DNA of 64,000 bases from Candidatus Omnitrophota bacterium (GTDB lineage Bacteria; Omnitrophota; Gorgyraeia; Zapsychrales; Fredricksoniimonadaceae), in NCBI GenBank assembly GCA_015232565.1, contig JADFZK010000009.1, forward strand, positions 3,725-67,724, written 5' to 3'. The translations under genes were made by a program, and so were the position numbers. A model generated the notes under the pieces. That model was not told the origin of the DNA. It did not search any database and saw nothing but the letters and a program-made list of their open reading frames with translations. Shown in pieces: positions 1 through 9,301 of this stretch (its first letter is position 1; every line of letters starts with the position of its first letter).

Positions 1-7
1 GGCGGCT

Positions 8-661
8 TTGATCGGGCTGGTATATTGTGCCTGCCTTGTGCTGGCCTGGGCGTCCAAAATCTCGCCTGGTTATTTCCTGATAAGAACCTGGGTGTTTATT
101 CCTCTTTTTACTTTGGGGATCGTTATTCCGGCCATGTTCAGTTTTGTTACTCCCGGGGCGGCGCTGGCGGCTTTTGATATATGGGGCGTGAGGTTTGTGA
201 TCACCCGTCCAGGATTTGACGGCGCGGTTTTACTGGTAGCGCGGGTGGCGGCTTCGGTTTCACTGGCGGTGTTATTGTCGTTAACTACCCGGCATGCGGA
301 ATTGTTAAAGGTATTGCGGATTTTCGGTGTTCCCCAGGTCTTTGTGCTCACGGTGACCATGTGTTATCGCTATTTGTATCTTTTTGCTACTTTGGTCGAG
401 AATATCTTTACGGCGATCCGCAGCCGGGTAGGCGTAATGCCGCAACGGCGGGCCGGTCGGCGGGTAGTGGCTTGGAATATTGCCAATACCTGGAGCCGGA
501 CGACCAAAATTAGTGAAGAGGTTTATTTGGCCATGCTGTCCCGGGGGTATACCGGCGAGCCCCGGTTGCTGGCGGGTTTTCAGTTGCGGTTGCGCGACCT
601 GGTTTGGGCGCTGGCGGTATTTGTGTGGTGCGCGGGTTTGTTGTACCTGGAGAGAAGATGA
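8..661 (+). CDS. cbiQ: ECF cobalt/nickel transporter T component (CbiQ/NikQ), probably 5'-truncated by the window
   Basis: Hydrophobic ORF with EcfT-type motifs (YRYLYLF, AIRSR, AMLSRGY); stop overlaps the start of the ATPase (ATGA). Confidence 0.85.
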   Translation: MIGLVYCACLVLAWASKISPGYFLIRTWVFIPLFTLGIVIPAMFSFVTPGAALAAFDIWGVRFVITRPGFDGAVLLVARVAASVSLAVLLSLTTRHAELLKVLRIFGVPQVFVLTVTMCYRYLYLFATLVENIFTAIRSRVGVMPQRRAGRRVVAWNIANTWSRTTKISEEVYLAMLSRGYTGEPRLLAGFQLRLRDLVWALAVFVWCAGLLYLERR

Positions 662-1467
662 ACGATATTGTTTTTGAATTACAGGATGTGAAATATTCGT
701 ACCAGAAAAAGTATCCGGCGCTGTGTGGTATAGACATGACCATCCGGCAGGGTGAGAAGATCGCCATCATCGGGGCGAATGGTACGGGCAAGTCGACTTT
801 ATTGCATATGCTCGACGGTCTGGTTTTTCCCGACCAGGGCCGGATAACGGCGTTTGGCCAGGAATTAAGCGAAGCGGCGCTTGCGGATGAGGCGGCGGCC
901 TGGAAATTCCGCAGTCGGGTGGGTTTTGTGTTCCAGAGCGCCGACATCCAGTTGTTCTGTCCGTCGGTAAGGGAAGATATAGTTTTTGGCCCCTTGCAGT
1001 TGGGCGTGGCCGCGAACGAAGTGGCCCGGCGCCTGGCGGAAGTGGCGCGGGTTCTGGATGTCGGGCATTTGCTGGACCGGGTGCCCCAGCAATTAAGTAT
1101 TGGCGAGAAACGGCGTGTAGCGATAGCCTCGGTCTTGGCCATAGACCCGGAGGTTTATATTTTCGATGAGCCCACCGCCGGGTTGGATCCCTTGACTGTG
1201 CGGCATATAATAGACCTGGTAGTGCAGGCCAACCGGCGGGGAAAAACAATTATTACCGCCATCCATGATTTGCATATTGTCGGTGAGCTGGCGGATACGG
1301 TTTATGTTTTCGGTAAAGATAAAAAGCTCGCCCGTTCCGGTCCCGTGGAACAGGTGCTGAGTGACCGGGCTTTTCTGGAGGCGCAGAACCTGGTGCATAT
1401 CCACGGGCATATTCATGAAGGCCGTGAGCACGTACATCCGCACCTGGCCTTTGAGCGTCACGCTTGA
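658..1467 (+). CDS. cbiO: ECF transporter ATP-binding subunit with His-rich C-terminal tail
   Basis: Walker A GANGTGKST, signature LSIGEKRR, Walker B IFDEPT; start taken at ATG 658. Confidence 0.88.
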   Translation: MNDIVFELQDVKYSYQKKYPALCGIDMTIRQGEKIAIIGANGTGKSTLLHMLDGLVFPDQGRITAFGQELSEAALADEAAAWKFRSRVGFVFQSADIQLFCPSVREDIVFGPLQLGVAANEVARRLAEVARVLDVGHLLDRVPQQLSIGEKRRVAIASVLAIDPEVYIFDEPTAGLDPLTVRHIIDLVVQANRRGKTIITAIHDLHIVGELADTVYVFGKDKKLARSGPVEQVLSDRAFLEAQNLVHIHGHIHEGREHVHPHLAFERHA

Positions 1468-1507
1468 TCTAATGGTGTAATCTTACAAATAACAAGAAAG
1501 GTCGTTT

Positions 1508-1933
1508 ATGTCAGAAGAACAAAAGTCTGTTGAGGGTGTAGCGGGAGAGCCGCAGGCCGTGGTCAAGGCGGCAGAGTTGAAACCGGCCGAGGTGAAGCCG
1601 ATTGAGGCGCTGGTGAGCATTGATGATTTTAAGAAGTTTCGGATCGTCGTTGCCCAGATCAAGGAAGCGGCAGTCCATCCGAATGCGGACAAGCTTTTTG
1701 TGCTTAAAGTGGATATTGGCACCGAGGTGCGGCAGGTGGTGGCGGGTATCCGTCGGTCTTATACCCCGGAATTGCTGGTGGGCAAGCGGGTGGCGCTTAT
1801 TGCCAACCTCGCTCCGGCGGTGATCCGCGGAGTGGAGTCGCAGGGCATGATCCTGGCGGCGTCGGATGAGGCGGGGGTCTCATTGCTTTCTCCCGACCGG
1901 TTGGACCTGGTGCTGGGCAGTACGGTCAAATGA
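1508..1933 (+). CDS. Stand-alone tRNA-binding OB-fold protein (MetG C-terminal/Trbp111/CsaA family)
   Basis: HPNADKL, RQVVAGI and ANLAPAVIRGVESQGMILAA motifs. Confidence 0.9.
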   Translation: MSEEQKSVEGVAGEPQAVVKAAELKPAEVKPIEALVSIDDFKKFRIVVAQIKEAAVHPNADKLFVLKVDIGTEVRQVVAGIRRSYTPELLVGKRVALIANLAPAVIRGVESQGMILAASDEAGVSLLSPDRLDLVLGSTVK

Positions 1934-3306
1934 ACCCGCCGGTAATGGTGTCCTCCGAGTTTTGTCTGGACTGCCGGGGCTGTTGCGTTTTTAACGCGCC
2001 GAACAGCGCCTGGCGGGCCTGTTTGACGGCTGAGGAGGAGATCGTTCTGGAAAAACGCCTGCCGGGGGTTTCTTTCGGCGGGCGTTTAGTTTCTGTTCCG
2101 GCTGGTTCCGGACGGGAGGCTTGCAGTTGCCTTAATATTGTAGATCATCATTGCCGGGCTTATGACGCCCGCCCATTGGAGTGCTCTTTATACCCGTTTC
2201 TGTTGTCAGCGCAGAATGGCCGGCTGGATCTTTACGCGCATTTGGCTTGTCCTTTTGTGCGCGCCTTGCGGCAGACTGCCGGCTGGGCGGAGCAGGTTAC
2301 TAAGTTGCAAGAATTTCTGTTATCTCCGTCGAATCACCCGTTGCTGAAAGCGGCCGCGGCATCGTATCCTGACTACAGTTTGTTTTGCGATGAAGTGGAG
2401 CATGTTTGGCAATTGCCATTTGGTCTGGAGGCCTGGTTCTTTGAACGTAAGAGTGAACTGGAGTCCTGGTATAAAAGCCGTAAGGCAGTGTTGTCGGCCA
2501 ACTCTCTGGTAAGCGCGTTCGCCTGGAGTGATGCGTTCGATTTTGATATTGAAGAGTGCGACGGTAATGTCCTGGTTTTTGCCCGTCAGCGCGGAGCGGA
2601 ATTCTTGTATTGCCCTCCGCTGGGGCCGGTTATAAGCCCGCGGGCAGTGGAGCGGGCTTTTGCCCGCATGAAAGGCGGAGCGGCCCGTATTGAAGCGGTC
2701 GCCGAGGCCGACCTGGCTTGTTTTGACAGCGCGCGTTACCGGGCGGTGGAGCAGGGCGCGGAATATTATTACGAGCGGGCGCGTATCGCGGCGCTCGCCG
2801 GTAACGGGTACCGTTCCAAAAGATCGGATTACAATGCGTTCCATAAACGACATCGGCCGTTGTTTCGTCGGTTCGTTCCTGGGGACGCACCGGCCTGTGC
2901 AGAGCTTTTTGACCGTTGGCTTGACAAGCGCCGCGCTTCATATGAAGATGACATCTATCGCGCGATGTTGGTAGAAAATCGGGTGGTGCATCGGCGGATG
3001 ATAGCGCACGCTGCCTGGCTGGGCCTGTCCGGGCGGGTGGTGGAGGTGGCGGGCCGGATGGTCGGGTATACGTTCGGCTATCCTTTGAATCCGGAAACTT
3101 TTTGCGTGGCCCTGGAGGTGACGGCTCCGGAGTTCAAGGGTCTGGCGGCTTATATTTTCCGGGAGTTTTGTGCCGACACGGAGTTGGCGCCTTATAAATA
3201 CATCAATGCTATGGACGATTTCGGTATGCCGGGTGTGGCGAAAGCCAAGCGTTCCTGGCGTCCGGCGTTCCTGGAGAAAGTTTATGCCGTATGTTTAAAG
3301 CCCTAG
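1930..3306 (+). CDS. Fusion of YkgJ-type CxxCxxCC cysteine-cluster domain and DUF2156 (aminoacyl-transferase-like GNAT) domain
   Basis: N-terminal CLDCRGCC and CRAYDARPLECSLYPF; C-terminal LAGNGYRSKR and YINAMDDFGMPGVAKAKRSWRP. Confidence 0.75.
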   Translation: MNPPVMVSSEFCLDCRGCCVFNAPNSAWRACLTAEEEIVLEKRLPGVSFGGRLVSVPAGSGREACSCLNIVDHHCRAYDARPLECSLYPFLLSAQNGRLDLYAHLACPFVRALRQTAGWAEQVTKLQEFLLSPSNHPLLKAAAASYPDYSLFCDEVEHVWQLPFGLEAWFFERKSELESWYKSRKAVLSANSLVSAFAWSDAFDFDIEECDGNVLVFARQRGAEFLYCPPLGPVISPRAVERAFARMKGGAARIEAVAEADLACFDSARYRAVEQGAEYYYERARIAALAGNGYRSKRSDYNAFHKRHRPLFRRFVPGDAPACAELFDRWLDKRRASYEDDIYRAMLVENRVVHRRMIAHAAWLGLSGRVVEVAGRMVGYTFGYPLNPETFCVALEVTAPEFKGLAAYIFREFCADTELAPYKYINAMDDFGMPGVAKAKRSWRPAFLEKVYAVCLKP

Positions 3307-3914
3307 AAGCGGAGTATGTGGTTTTCGACGTGGAAACAACCGGACTCTCGGTGGTTGAGGGAGACCGCATTATTGAGCTGGCCGCTTTGCGGATCAAGAA
3401 TGGCGTGTGGGCGGAGCGGGTAGTGTCGCTGGTGAATCCCGGACGGCCCTTGTCGCCGGGCGCCCAGGAGGTTAACGGGATAACCGAAGACATGGTCCTG
3501 GCGGCGCCTTCGGCGGCGGAATTCCTGCCGCGGATGATCGAGTTCACCGCGCAGGCCTGCCTGGTGGCGCATAACGCCAGTTTTGATATCAAGTTCCTGG
3601 CCTACGAGTTGGCCCTGGGCGGGCGCAAGTTGTACGACGCCACTCCGGTCATTGATACTATCAAGATGGCCAAGGCTTTTCTGCCGTATCTTTCCAGTTA
3701 TCGCCTGGGCTCACTGGCGAACTCGCTGGGTGTCAAGGTGGGTCTGGCCCATCGGGCCGAAGCCGACGTGGAAATAACCGCGGCGGTCTTTCAGCGTTTG
3801 CTGGCGATGGCGGAAGATCATAATATTCACGACCTTAAAACTCTGGCCGGCCGGTTTGGCGTAGAAAAGCCCAGCTTTAAATTGAATAATTCTTCCCAGG
3901 CTTCCTTCTTTTGA
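3291..3914 (+). CDS. DEDDh 3'-5' exonuclease (DnaQ/PolC exonuclease family)
   Basis: DVETTG, AHNASFD and HRAEAD motifs. Confidence 0.9.
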   Translation: MFKALEAEYVVFDVETTGLSVVEGDRIIELAALRIKNGVWAERVVSLVNPGRPLSPGAQEVNGITEDMVLAAPSAAEFLPRMIEFTAQACLVAHNASFDIKFLAYELALGGRKLYDATPVIDTIKMAKAFLPYLSSYRLGSLANSLGVKVGLAHRAEADVEITAAVFQRLLAMAEDHNIHDLKTLAGRFGVEKPSFKLNNSSQASFF

Positions 3915-3924
3915 GTGTTCTCCA

Positions 3925-5238
3925 ATGACCGAGATAGCCAGCGAGCTTTTGGGTTGCTTTCCCGATACCATGGCGGTGCTGGGCAAGCTGGCCGCTGAGC
4001 CGGGAGTCTGCCTGCTGGATTCCTCCGACGCCAGCGGGTGGTCATACATTGGCGTGCGTCCGGTGCAAAAATGGCTGGGGCATACTTTGGCGGATTGGCA
4101 GGATTTTCGGGCTGATGCGGCCGGCTTTATTTCGGCGCCGGCGCCGAAGCCGGGAGCAGTGCCGTTCCCGGCGGGGTTTATGGGCGCGGTCAGTTACGAC
4201 CTGGGGCTTTTGCTGGAAGGCGTGGGTTCACGTCATCCGGATACGACGGACGGGCTGCCGCTTTTCCATTTTGGATATTACGAAAGCGTGCTGGCATTTT
4301 GTCATTTGGCGGGTACGGCTTATATTTGCGGGCGGGCGGATTCGCCCTCCTGGCAGGTTTTGGCGCAGGCGGTAAAGGGGGACCAGAGTGTTCGTGTGGC
4401 GCCTCCAGCTCAAGCAGTCACGGCAGTATCGGACCAGGATGAAGCCGGTTATGTGCGCATGGTCGGCCGGGCATTGGAGCTGATCAAAAGCGGGGAGATC
4501 TATGAGGTTAATTGTTCCCGGCGTTTCAGGTTGCCCTGGAGCGGGGAGGCCGCGGCGGCATATGAATTATATCGTAATTTGCGCAGTCATTCTCCGGTGC
4601 CGTATGGCGCGTACTACAGCGCGGACGGTTGGCGGATATTAAGCGCTTCGCCGGAAATGTTCCTGGAATTAAAAAGCGGCGGAGTGGCTACCCGGCCTAT
4701 GAAAGGCACTCGTCCGCGCGGGCGGGATGCAGTTACCGACGAGATCTATCGCCGGGAATTGATCGACAGCCCCAAGGAGCGGGCCGAGCTGCTAATGGTT
4801 ACTGATCTTTTACGCAACGACCTGGGCAAGGTGTGCCAGACGGGCTCGGTCTTGGTGCGCGACCTGCGGAGCATTGAAGCTTATCGCGGTGTGTTTCAGG
4901 CCACTTCCTGTGTTGCCGGACAGCTGTTGGCCGGAAAGACCGCTTTCGATCTGTTTGCCGCCGCTTTCCCCGGTGGTTCGGTTACCGGTTGCCCCAAGCA
5001 TCGCGCTTTGCGGGCTATTGACGACCTGGAGCTTTCGCGCCGGGGCTATTATACCGGAGCGCTGGGCATGATCTCCTGCTATGGGGACATGAGTTTGAAT
5101 GTTTTGATCCGTTCAATTGTTCTTTCCGGCGGGCAGGCCGTTTTCTCCACCGGTGGCGGGATCGTGGCCGACTCTGATCCAGGCAGTGAGTTTGCGGAAA
5201 CCACTCTTAAGGCGGAAGGGATGCTTGCCGCATTTTGA
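3925..5238 (+). CDS. pabB: Chorismate-binding enzyme, aminodeoxychorismate synthase component I-like
   Basis: SPEMFL, RPMKGTRPRG, DLLRNDLG, FPGGSVTGCPK; adjacent to a class IV aminotransferase-like gene. Confidence 0.75.
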   Translation: MTEIASELLGCFPDTMAVLGKLAAEPGVCLLDSSDASGWSYIGVRPVQKWLGHTLADWQDFRADAAGFISAPAPKPGAVPFPAGFMGAVSYDLGLLLEGVGSRHPDTTDGLPLFHFGYYESVLAFCHLAGTAYICGRADSPSWQVLAQAVKGDQSVRVAPPAQAVTAVSDQDEAGYVRMVGRALELIKSGEIYEVNCSRRFRLPWSGEAAAAYELYRNLRSHSPVPYGAYYSADGWRILSASPEMFLELKSGGVATRPMKGTRPRGRDAVTDEIYRRELIDSPKERAELLMVTDLLRNDLGKVCQTGSVLVRDLRSIEAYRGVFQATSCVAGQLLAGKTAFDLFAAAFPGGSVTGCPKHRALRAIDDLELSRRGYYTGALGMISCYGDMSLNVLIRSIVLSGGQAVFSTGGGIVADSDPGSEFAETTLKAEGMLAAF

Positions 5239-6038
5239 AAAATCAATTGATAAACCTTAACGGAAAGCCAGTTTCAGCCAGCATGGAGCTGCTGCAGAGC
5301 TTAACTCCTGGCGTGCGAAAAATGCGCGGCGTTTTTGAGACTCTGCGGGTTTCCGGCGGGGCACAGTATTTGCCGGCGCATTATGCCCGTTTGTGCCGCG
5401 GCCTTAAAATGCTGGACCTGCCGGTGCCCTGGACCCGGCGGGCGCTGCGCGGGGCTATCAAGCATTTACTGCAAGCGGTGCCCAAAGCTGGCCGCTTGCG
5501 GATAATGGTGTGGCGCCAGGGGGGCGGTGTCTGGTGGGCGTTGGTACCCGGCGAGTATGGGCCATTAAGTCGGACGGCGCAAGTGCGCGGAGTGACGGTG
5601 GCGGTGATCGAGGTGCGGAAAAAGTTCCGGAAAGAGGACGGCTGGTTCAAGTCTTTGGATTATTCCGTTTACGCTCAGGCTCTTAAGGATGCACGCGCAC
5701 AAGGTTGTTTTGAGGCTTTGCTGGCTACTGCCGATGGCCGTATCATTGATGGCAGTCGTACCGGCTTGATACTTCTGACGGAAAACGCCTTGCTGGTTCC
5801 GCCGCCCGGGTTTGGCACCGTGGACAGTCTGCTGTCCCGACGCATCATTGCGCTGGCGCGTGACTCCGGCCTGCCGGTTCGGCGCCGGACGATCTTTATC
5901 AATGACCTCGCCCGGGCCCGCGCAGCGTGGCTGGCTAATTCCCTGATCGGCCTGCTGCCGATCCGCTTACGGCCGGGAAGTGGTGTCCTTTTGCGCCGGT
6001 CCCAAACGGCAGAATGCAAAGCCGAATCTTATCCTTGA
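5235..6038 (+). CDS. Class IV aminotransferase family protein (ADC lyase PabC-like)
   Basis: GVFETLR, HYARL, FKSLDY (PLP Lys) and NSLIG motifs; coupled to pabB. Confidence 0.7.
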   Translation: MKNQLINLNGKPVSASMELLQSLTPGVRKMRGVFETLRVSGGAQYLPAHYARLCRGLKMLDLPVPWTRRALRGAIKHLLQAVPKAGRLRIMVWRQGGGVWWALVPGEYGPLSRTAQVRGVTVAVIEVRKKFRKEDGWFKSLDYSVYAQALKDARAQGCFEALLATADGRIIDGSRTGLILLTENALLVPPPGFGTVDSLLSRRIIALARDSGLPVRRRTIFINDLARARAAWLANSLIGLLPIRLRPGSGVLLRRSQTAECKAESYP

Positions 6039-6063
6039 ACGCCCGGGCACTTCACATTATAAT
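6035..6063 (+). promoter_or_regulatory. Putative sigma70 promoter, 7 nt before ATG 6071 (leaderless geometry)
   Basis: TTGAAC-N17-TATAAT. Confidence 0.6.
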
Positions 6064-6070
6064 GGCGCAT

Positions 6071-7117
6071 ATGAAAAAACTAATCCTCTTAACGATGGCA
6101 GGAGTAATGTTCTCGTCGATGGCTTACGCTGTGCGGCCGGAGGCCGAGAGCGCTGTGAATGCCGCGCTGGACCAGATCTCCCAGGGTGGCGTGGCGCCCC
6201 GCTGGAAGTCTTCTTTGGGCGGCATTGAGGAAGCGATAGCGGTGCTGGTGGAAGCGAACCAGCGGCTTATGCAGGAATACCAGGCGCTGTCCGCGCAGAT
6301 GTCGGCTTTGGAGGCGGATATTACGAGCCAGCACCAGAAGAACAATGAGCAGGATTCTGCCCTGGCCGCGCGCCGCGCGGAAGTGAGTGTGCCGGCCGCC
6401 GACGGGGTGGAGCGGCAGAAACTGGCTTTGTTGGGCAAAGATACCGAGCAGGCGCGTTTGGCCGCGGCCGCCGCGCAGAGCCGTTTGAAGTCGGTGGACA
6501 GCAAGCTGGGGCTTCGCAAACTTAAAGTGCAGGAACTGGAGCTGGAGAAGAAGTCTTTGTTGATGGACCGCAATGCGCGGACCGTGGCCACTTTGGGACT
6601 GCTCAAGCAAAGCGTAAAGTCGCTTAAAGACCAGGCGGATTATCAAAAGTCGCAGACCGAATATGTACGGCAGAAGATCGCCGCCCTGAATAGCGTGGAC
6701 CGTCCGTTCCTGAAAGAGTCGGGCCAGCTTTTAGCTGATAACACCAAATTGCGCCAGGACTTGGCCAAGTTAATGGATGAGCGCGCTGACCTGCTGAAGC
6801 AGGCCGATTCCGCCGTTGATAAAAAGAACAAGGCCGCTACCGGCGCGGACTCCAAGCGTTTGCAGGACCTTACCACACGAAAAGCGTCTTTGGAAACCCG
6901 CCTGGCGGCCGCGAAGGCGAAGAAGGACAAGTTTACGGCTATTGCCGACAGTTACGCGGTGGATTCCGCCGCCTTGGCCGTACAGATCAAAGGCCTGGAA
7001 GACGAGAATAAAGCGCTGGAGGAAGCGGCGGGGAATGTGCGCGAGAATATCGCGGTCCTGGAATACCGGATGAATTCCCTGACCCGTTACAAGAATCGTA
7101 ACTCTAACCGGAATTAA
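6071..7117 (+). CDS. Exported long coiled-coil hypothetical protein
   Basis: Signal peptide MKKLILLTMAGVMFSSMAYA, then a heptad-rich A/K/L/Q sequence. Confidence 0.7.
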   Translation: MKKLILLTMAGVMFSSMAYAVRPEAESAVNAALDQISQGGVAPRWKSSLGGIEEAIAVLVEANQRLMQEYQALSAQMSALEADITSQHQKNNEQDSALAARRAEVSVPAADGVERQKLALLGKDTEQARLAAAAAQSRLKSVDSKLGLRKLKVQELELEKKSLLMDRNARTVATLGLLKQSVKSLKDQADYQKSQTEYVRQKIAALNSVDRPFLKESGQLLADNTKLRQDLAKLMDERADLLKQADSAVDKKNKAATGADSKRLQDLTTRKASLETRLAAAKAKKDKFTAIADSYAVDSAALAVQIKGLEDENKALEEAAGNVRENIAVLEYRMNSLTRYKNRNSNRN

Positions 7118-7125
7118 GGAATTTT

Positions 7126-7611
7126 ATGGACGAAATACTGGATATCCTGATCAACGACGCGCGCACTCCGGCGGAAGATATTGCCAAGATGACCAAAAAG
7201 CCGGTGGCCGCGGTCAAGAAGGCGATCAAGAAATACGAAGAGGACGGCACTATCGTCCAGTATAAAGCGGTGGTTAACCACGAGATGGCCGAAGGCCTTT
7301 CGGCTCCGGTGCGGGCTTTGATCGAGGTGAGCATTGTGCCGCAAAAGGACGTAGGCTTCGACCATGTGGCCGAGCGTATTTACAGTTTCGCCGAGGTTAC
7401 CAGTTGTTACCTGGTCTCCGGTAGTTATGATCTTTTACTGATCGTGGAAGGCAAAAGCATCCAGACCGTGGCGGAATTCGTATCTTCGAAATTGTCGCCG
7501 ATGGAGAATGTCCGGCAAACGACTACGCATTTTCTGCTCAAGAAGTATAAGGAAGAAGGCAAGATCTTTAAACAGCCCGCCCGGTCCAGCCGGTTGAATA
7601 TTTCTTATTGA
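7126..7611 (+). CDS. Lrp/AsnC family transcriptional regulator
   Basis: N-terminal HTH, VSGSYDLLL, TTTHFLLKKYK; typical partner of the downstream aminotransferase. Confidence 0.9.
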   Translation: MDEILDILINDARTPAEDIAKMTKKPVAAVKKAIKKYEEDGTIVQYKAVVNHEMAEGLSAPVRALIEVSIVPQKDVGFDHVAERIYSFAEVTSCYLVSGSYDLLLIVEGKSIQTVAEFVSSKLSPMENVRQTTTHFLLKKYKEEGKIFKQPARSSRLNISY

Positions 7612-7695
7612 TATATGGTGCTTTGCGCCATGAGCGCGCCGGGACCCGGGTGACTTTCTGCCGGGCGGCGCTGCGTTACGCTTTTAAAGGGGTTT

Positions 7696-8868
7696 ATGTA
7701 CGTCTCAAAACTGGTAAATGATCTTCCTCCGTCGGGCATCCGCGCTTTCTTTGACCTGGTGATGGGGATGAAAGATGTGGTTTCCCTGGGTGTCGGCGAG
7801 CCGGATTTTGTGACGCCCTGGCATATCCGCGAAAAAGCCATCTACTCCCTTGAGCAGGGGTGCACGTCTTATACTTCCAACAAAGGTATGCCGGAGTTGC
7901 GCAAGGAGATCTGCGCTTTCTTAAAGAGCCGTTTCGGGTTGGAATATCACTGGGATAATGAAATGCTGGTTACCGTGGGCGCCAGCGAAGCGCTCGACCT
8001 GGTATGCCGCGCGATCCTGGAGCCGGGCGAGAAGGTGATCATTCATGAGCCTTGCTTTGTAGCCTATGCGCCGCTGGTCAAGCTGGCGGGCGGAGTGCCG
8101 GTGCCGTTAATAACCACGGCCCAGGAAGGTTTTAAGGTCACTCCGGACAAGCTGGAGCGGGCCTGGTCGAAAGGCACCAAGGCGTTCCTGATAAATTATC
8201 CGTGCAATCCTACCGGCACTTCCTATACCCGCGCGGAACTGGCGGCTTTGGCCAAGGTGGCGCAAAAGAAGGATATGCTGGTGCTTTCCGACGAGATATA
8301 CGACGAGCTGACTTATGATTTCGACCACACGCCGTTCTCTGCCCTGCCGGGCATGCGTGAGCGGGTGGTGTACCTGAACGGTTTCTCCAAGGCTTATGCC
8401 ATGACCGGCTGGCGCCTGGGTTGGGCGGCGGGTAACGAAAAGATCCTGGCCGCCATGACCAAGATCCATCAATACCTGGTGATGTGCGCGTCGATCACCA
8501 GCCAGATGGCCGGCCGGGAAGCGATCAAGAACGGACGGCCGGATGTTTTGTTGATGAAAAAAGAATATAACCGCCGCCGTAATTATATTGTGGCGTCGTT
8601 GAATGAACTGGGGTTGGAGTGCCATATGCCCCAGGGGGCTTTTTATGCTTTTCCGTCGATAAAGAGCCTGAACATGAGTTCGATAGATTTTGCCCGGGAC
8701 TTGCTGGAGAAACAAAAGGTGGCCCTGGTGCCCGGAGGGGCTTTTGGTTCGCAATGCGCCGATCATGTGCGTATTTCCTATGCCTCAAGTTACGACAACC
8801 TGCGTGAAGCGGTAAGCCGCATAACGCAATATCTCAAGGCTCGCAATGGCGGTAAAGAACAGCAGTAA
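7696..8868 (+). CDS. Class I/II PLP-dependent aminotransferase
   Basis: GEPDF, NPTG, SDEIY and SKAYAMTGWRLG motifs. Confidence 0.93.
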   Translation: MYVSKLVNDLPPSGIRAFFDLVMGMKDVVSLGVGEPDFVTPWHIREKAIYSLEQGCTSYTSNKGMPELRKEICAFLKSRFGLEYHWDNEMLVTVGASEALDLVCRAILEPGEKVIIHEPCFVAYAPLVKLAGGVPVPLITTAQEGFKVTPDKLERAWSKGTKAFLINYPCNPTGTSYTRAELAALAKVAQKKDMLVLSDEIYDELTYDFDHTPFSALPGMRERVVYLNGFSKAYAMTGWRLGWAAGNEKILAAMTKIHQYLVMCASITSQMAGREAIKNGRPDVLLMKKEYNRRRNYIVASLNELGLECHMPQGAFYAFPSIKSLNMSSIDFARDLLEKQKVALVPGGAFGSQCADHVRISYASSYDNLREAVSRITQYLKARNGGKEQQ

Positions 8869-9250
8869 CGTCAAGTTCGAGATCGGCTTTTATGAAAAGG
8901 TGCTGGAACGCGCGCCGAATTTCATTGAAGCCTTGATCTGCCTGGGTGACCTGTATACCAGGGCCGGTCTTTACTCCCAGGGCCTGGCTATCGACGAACG
9001 CCTGGCCGCCCTGCGCCCGGACGATGCCGGCGTGTTGTATAACCTGGCGTGCAGTTATTCACTGTTGAACAATATACCTTTGGCGCGCAGCGTGATGTTG
9101 CGCGCTATTGATCTGGGTTACGATGAGTGGGAGCATTTGGGCAAGGATACCGACCTGGCTAACCTGCTGGGGGACCGGGAGTTTATAGCGCGACTGAAAG
9201 ATATTCGCAAAAAGGGTGCGCGGGAAAGCGCGCGTGTCCCGGGCTTGTAG
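8846..9250 (+). CDS. TPR domain protein
   Basis: TPR-like helices; YNLACSYSL and DTDLANL typical of the TPR end-of-group domain. Confidence 0.75.
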   Translation: MAVKNSSNVKFEIGFYEKVLERAPNFIEALICLGDLYTRAGLYSQGLAIDERLAALRPDDAGVLYNLACSYSLLNNIPLARSVMLRAIDLGYDEWEHLGKDTDLANLLGDREFIARLKDIRKKGARESARVPGL

Positions 9251-9301
9251 AGTCCGGAACCAGCCCTGGTTCATGGGGCAAAAAACACTGGAGAATTATT
9301 T

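Noticed and set aside
3925-6038. pabB-pabC without pabA as a novel pathway
   Set aside because: The glutamine amidotransferase subunit is commonly shared with trpG and encoded elsewhere.
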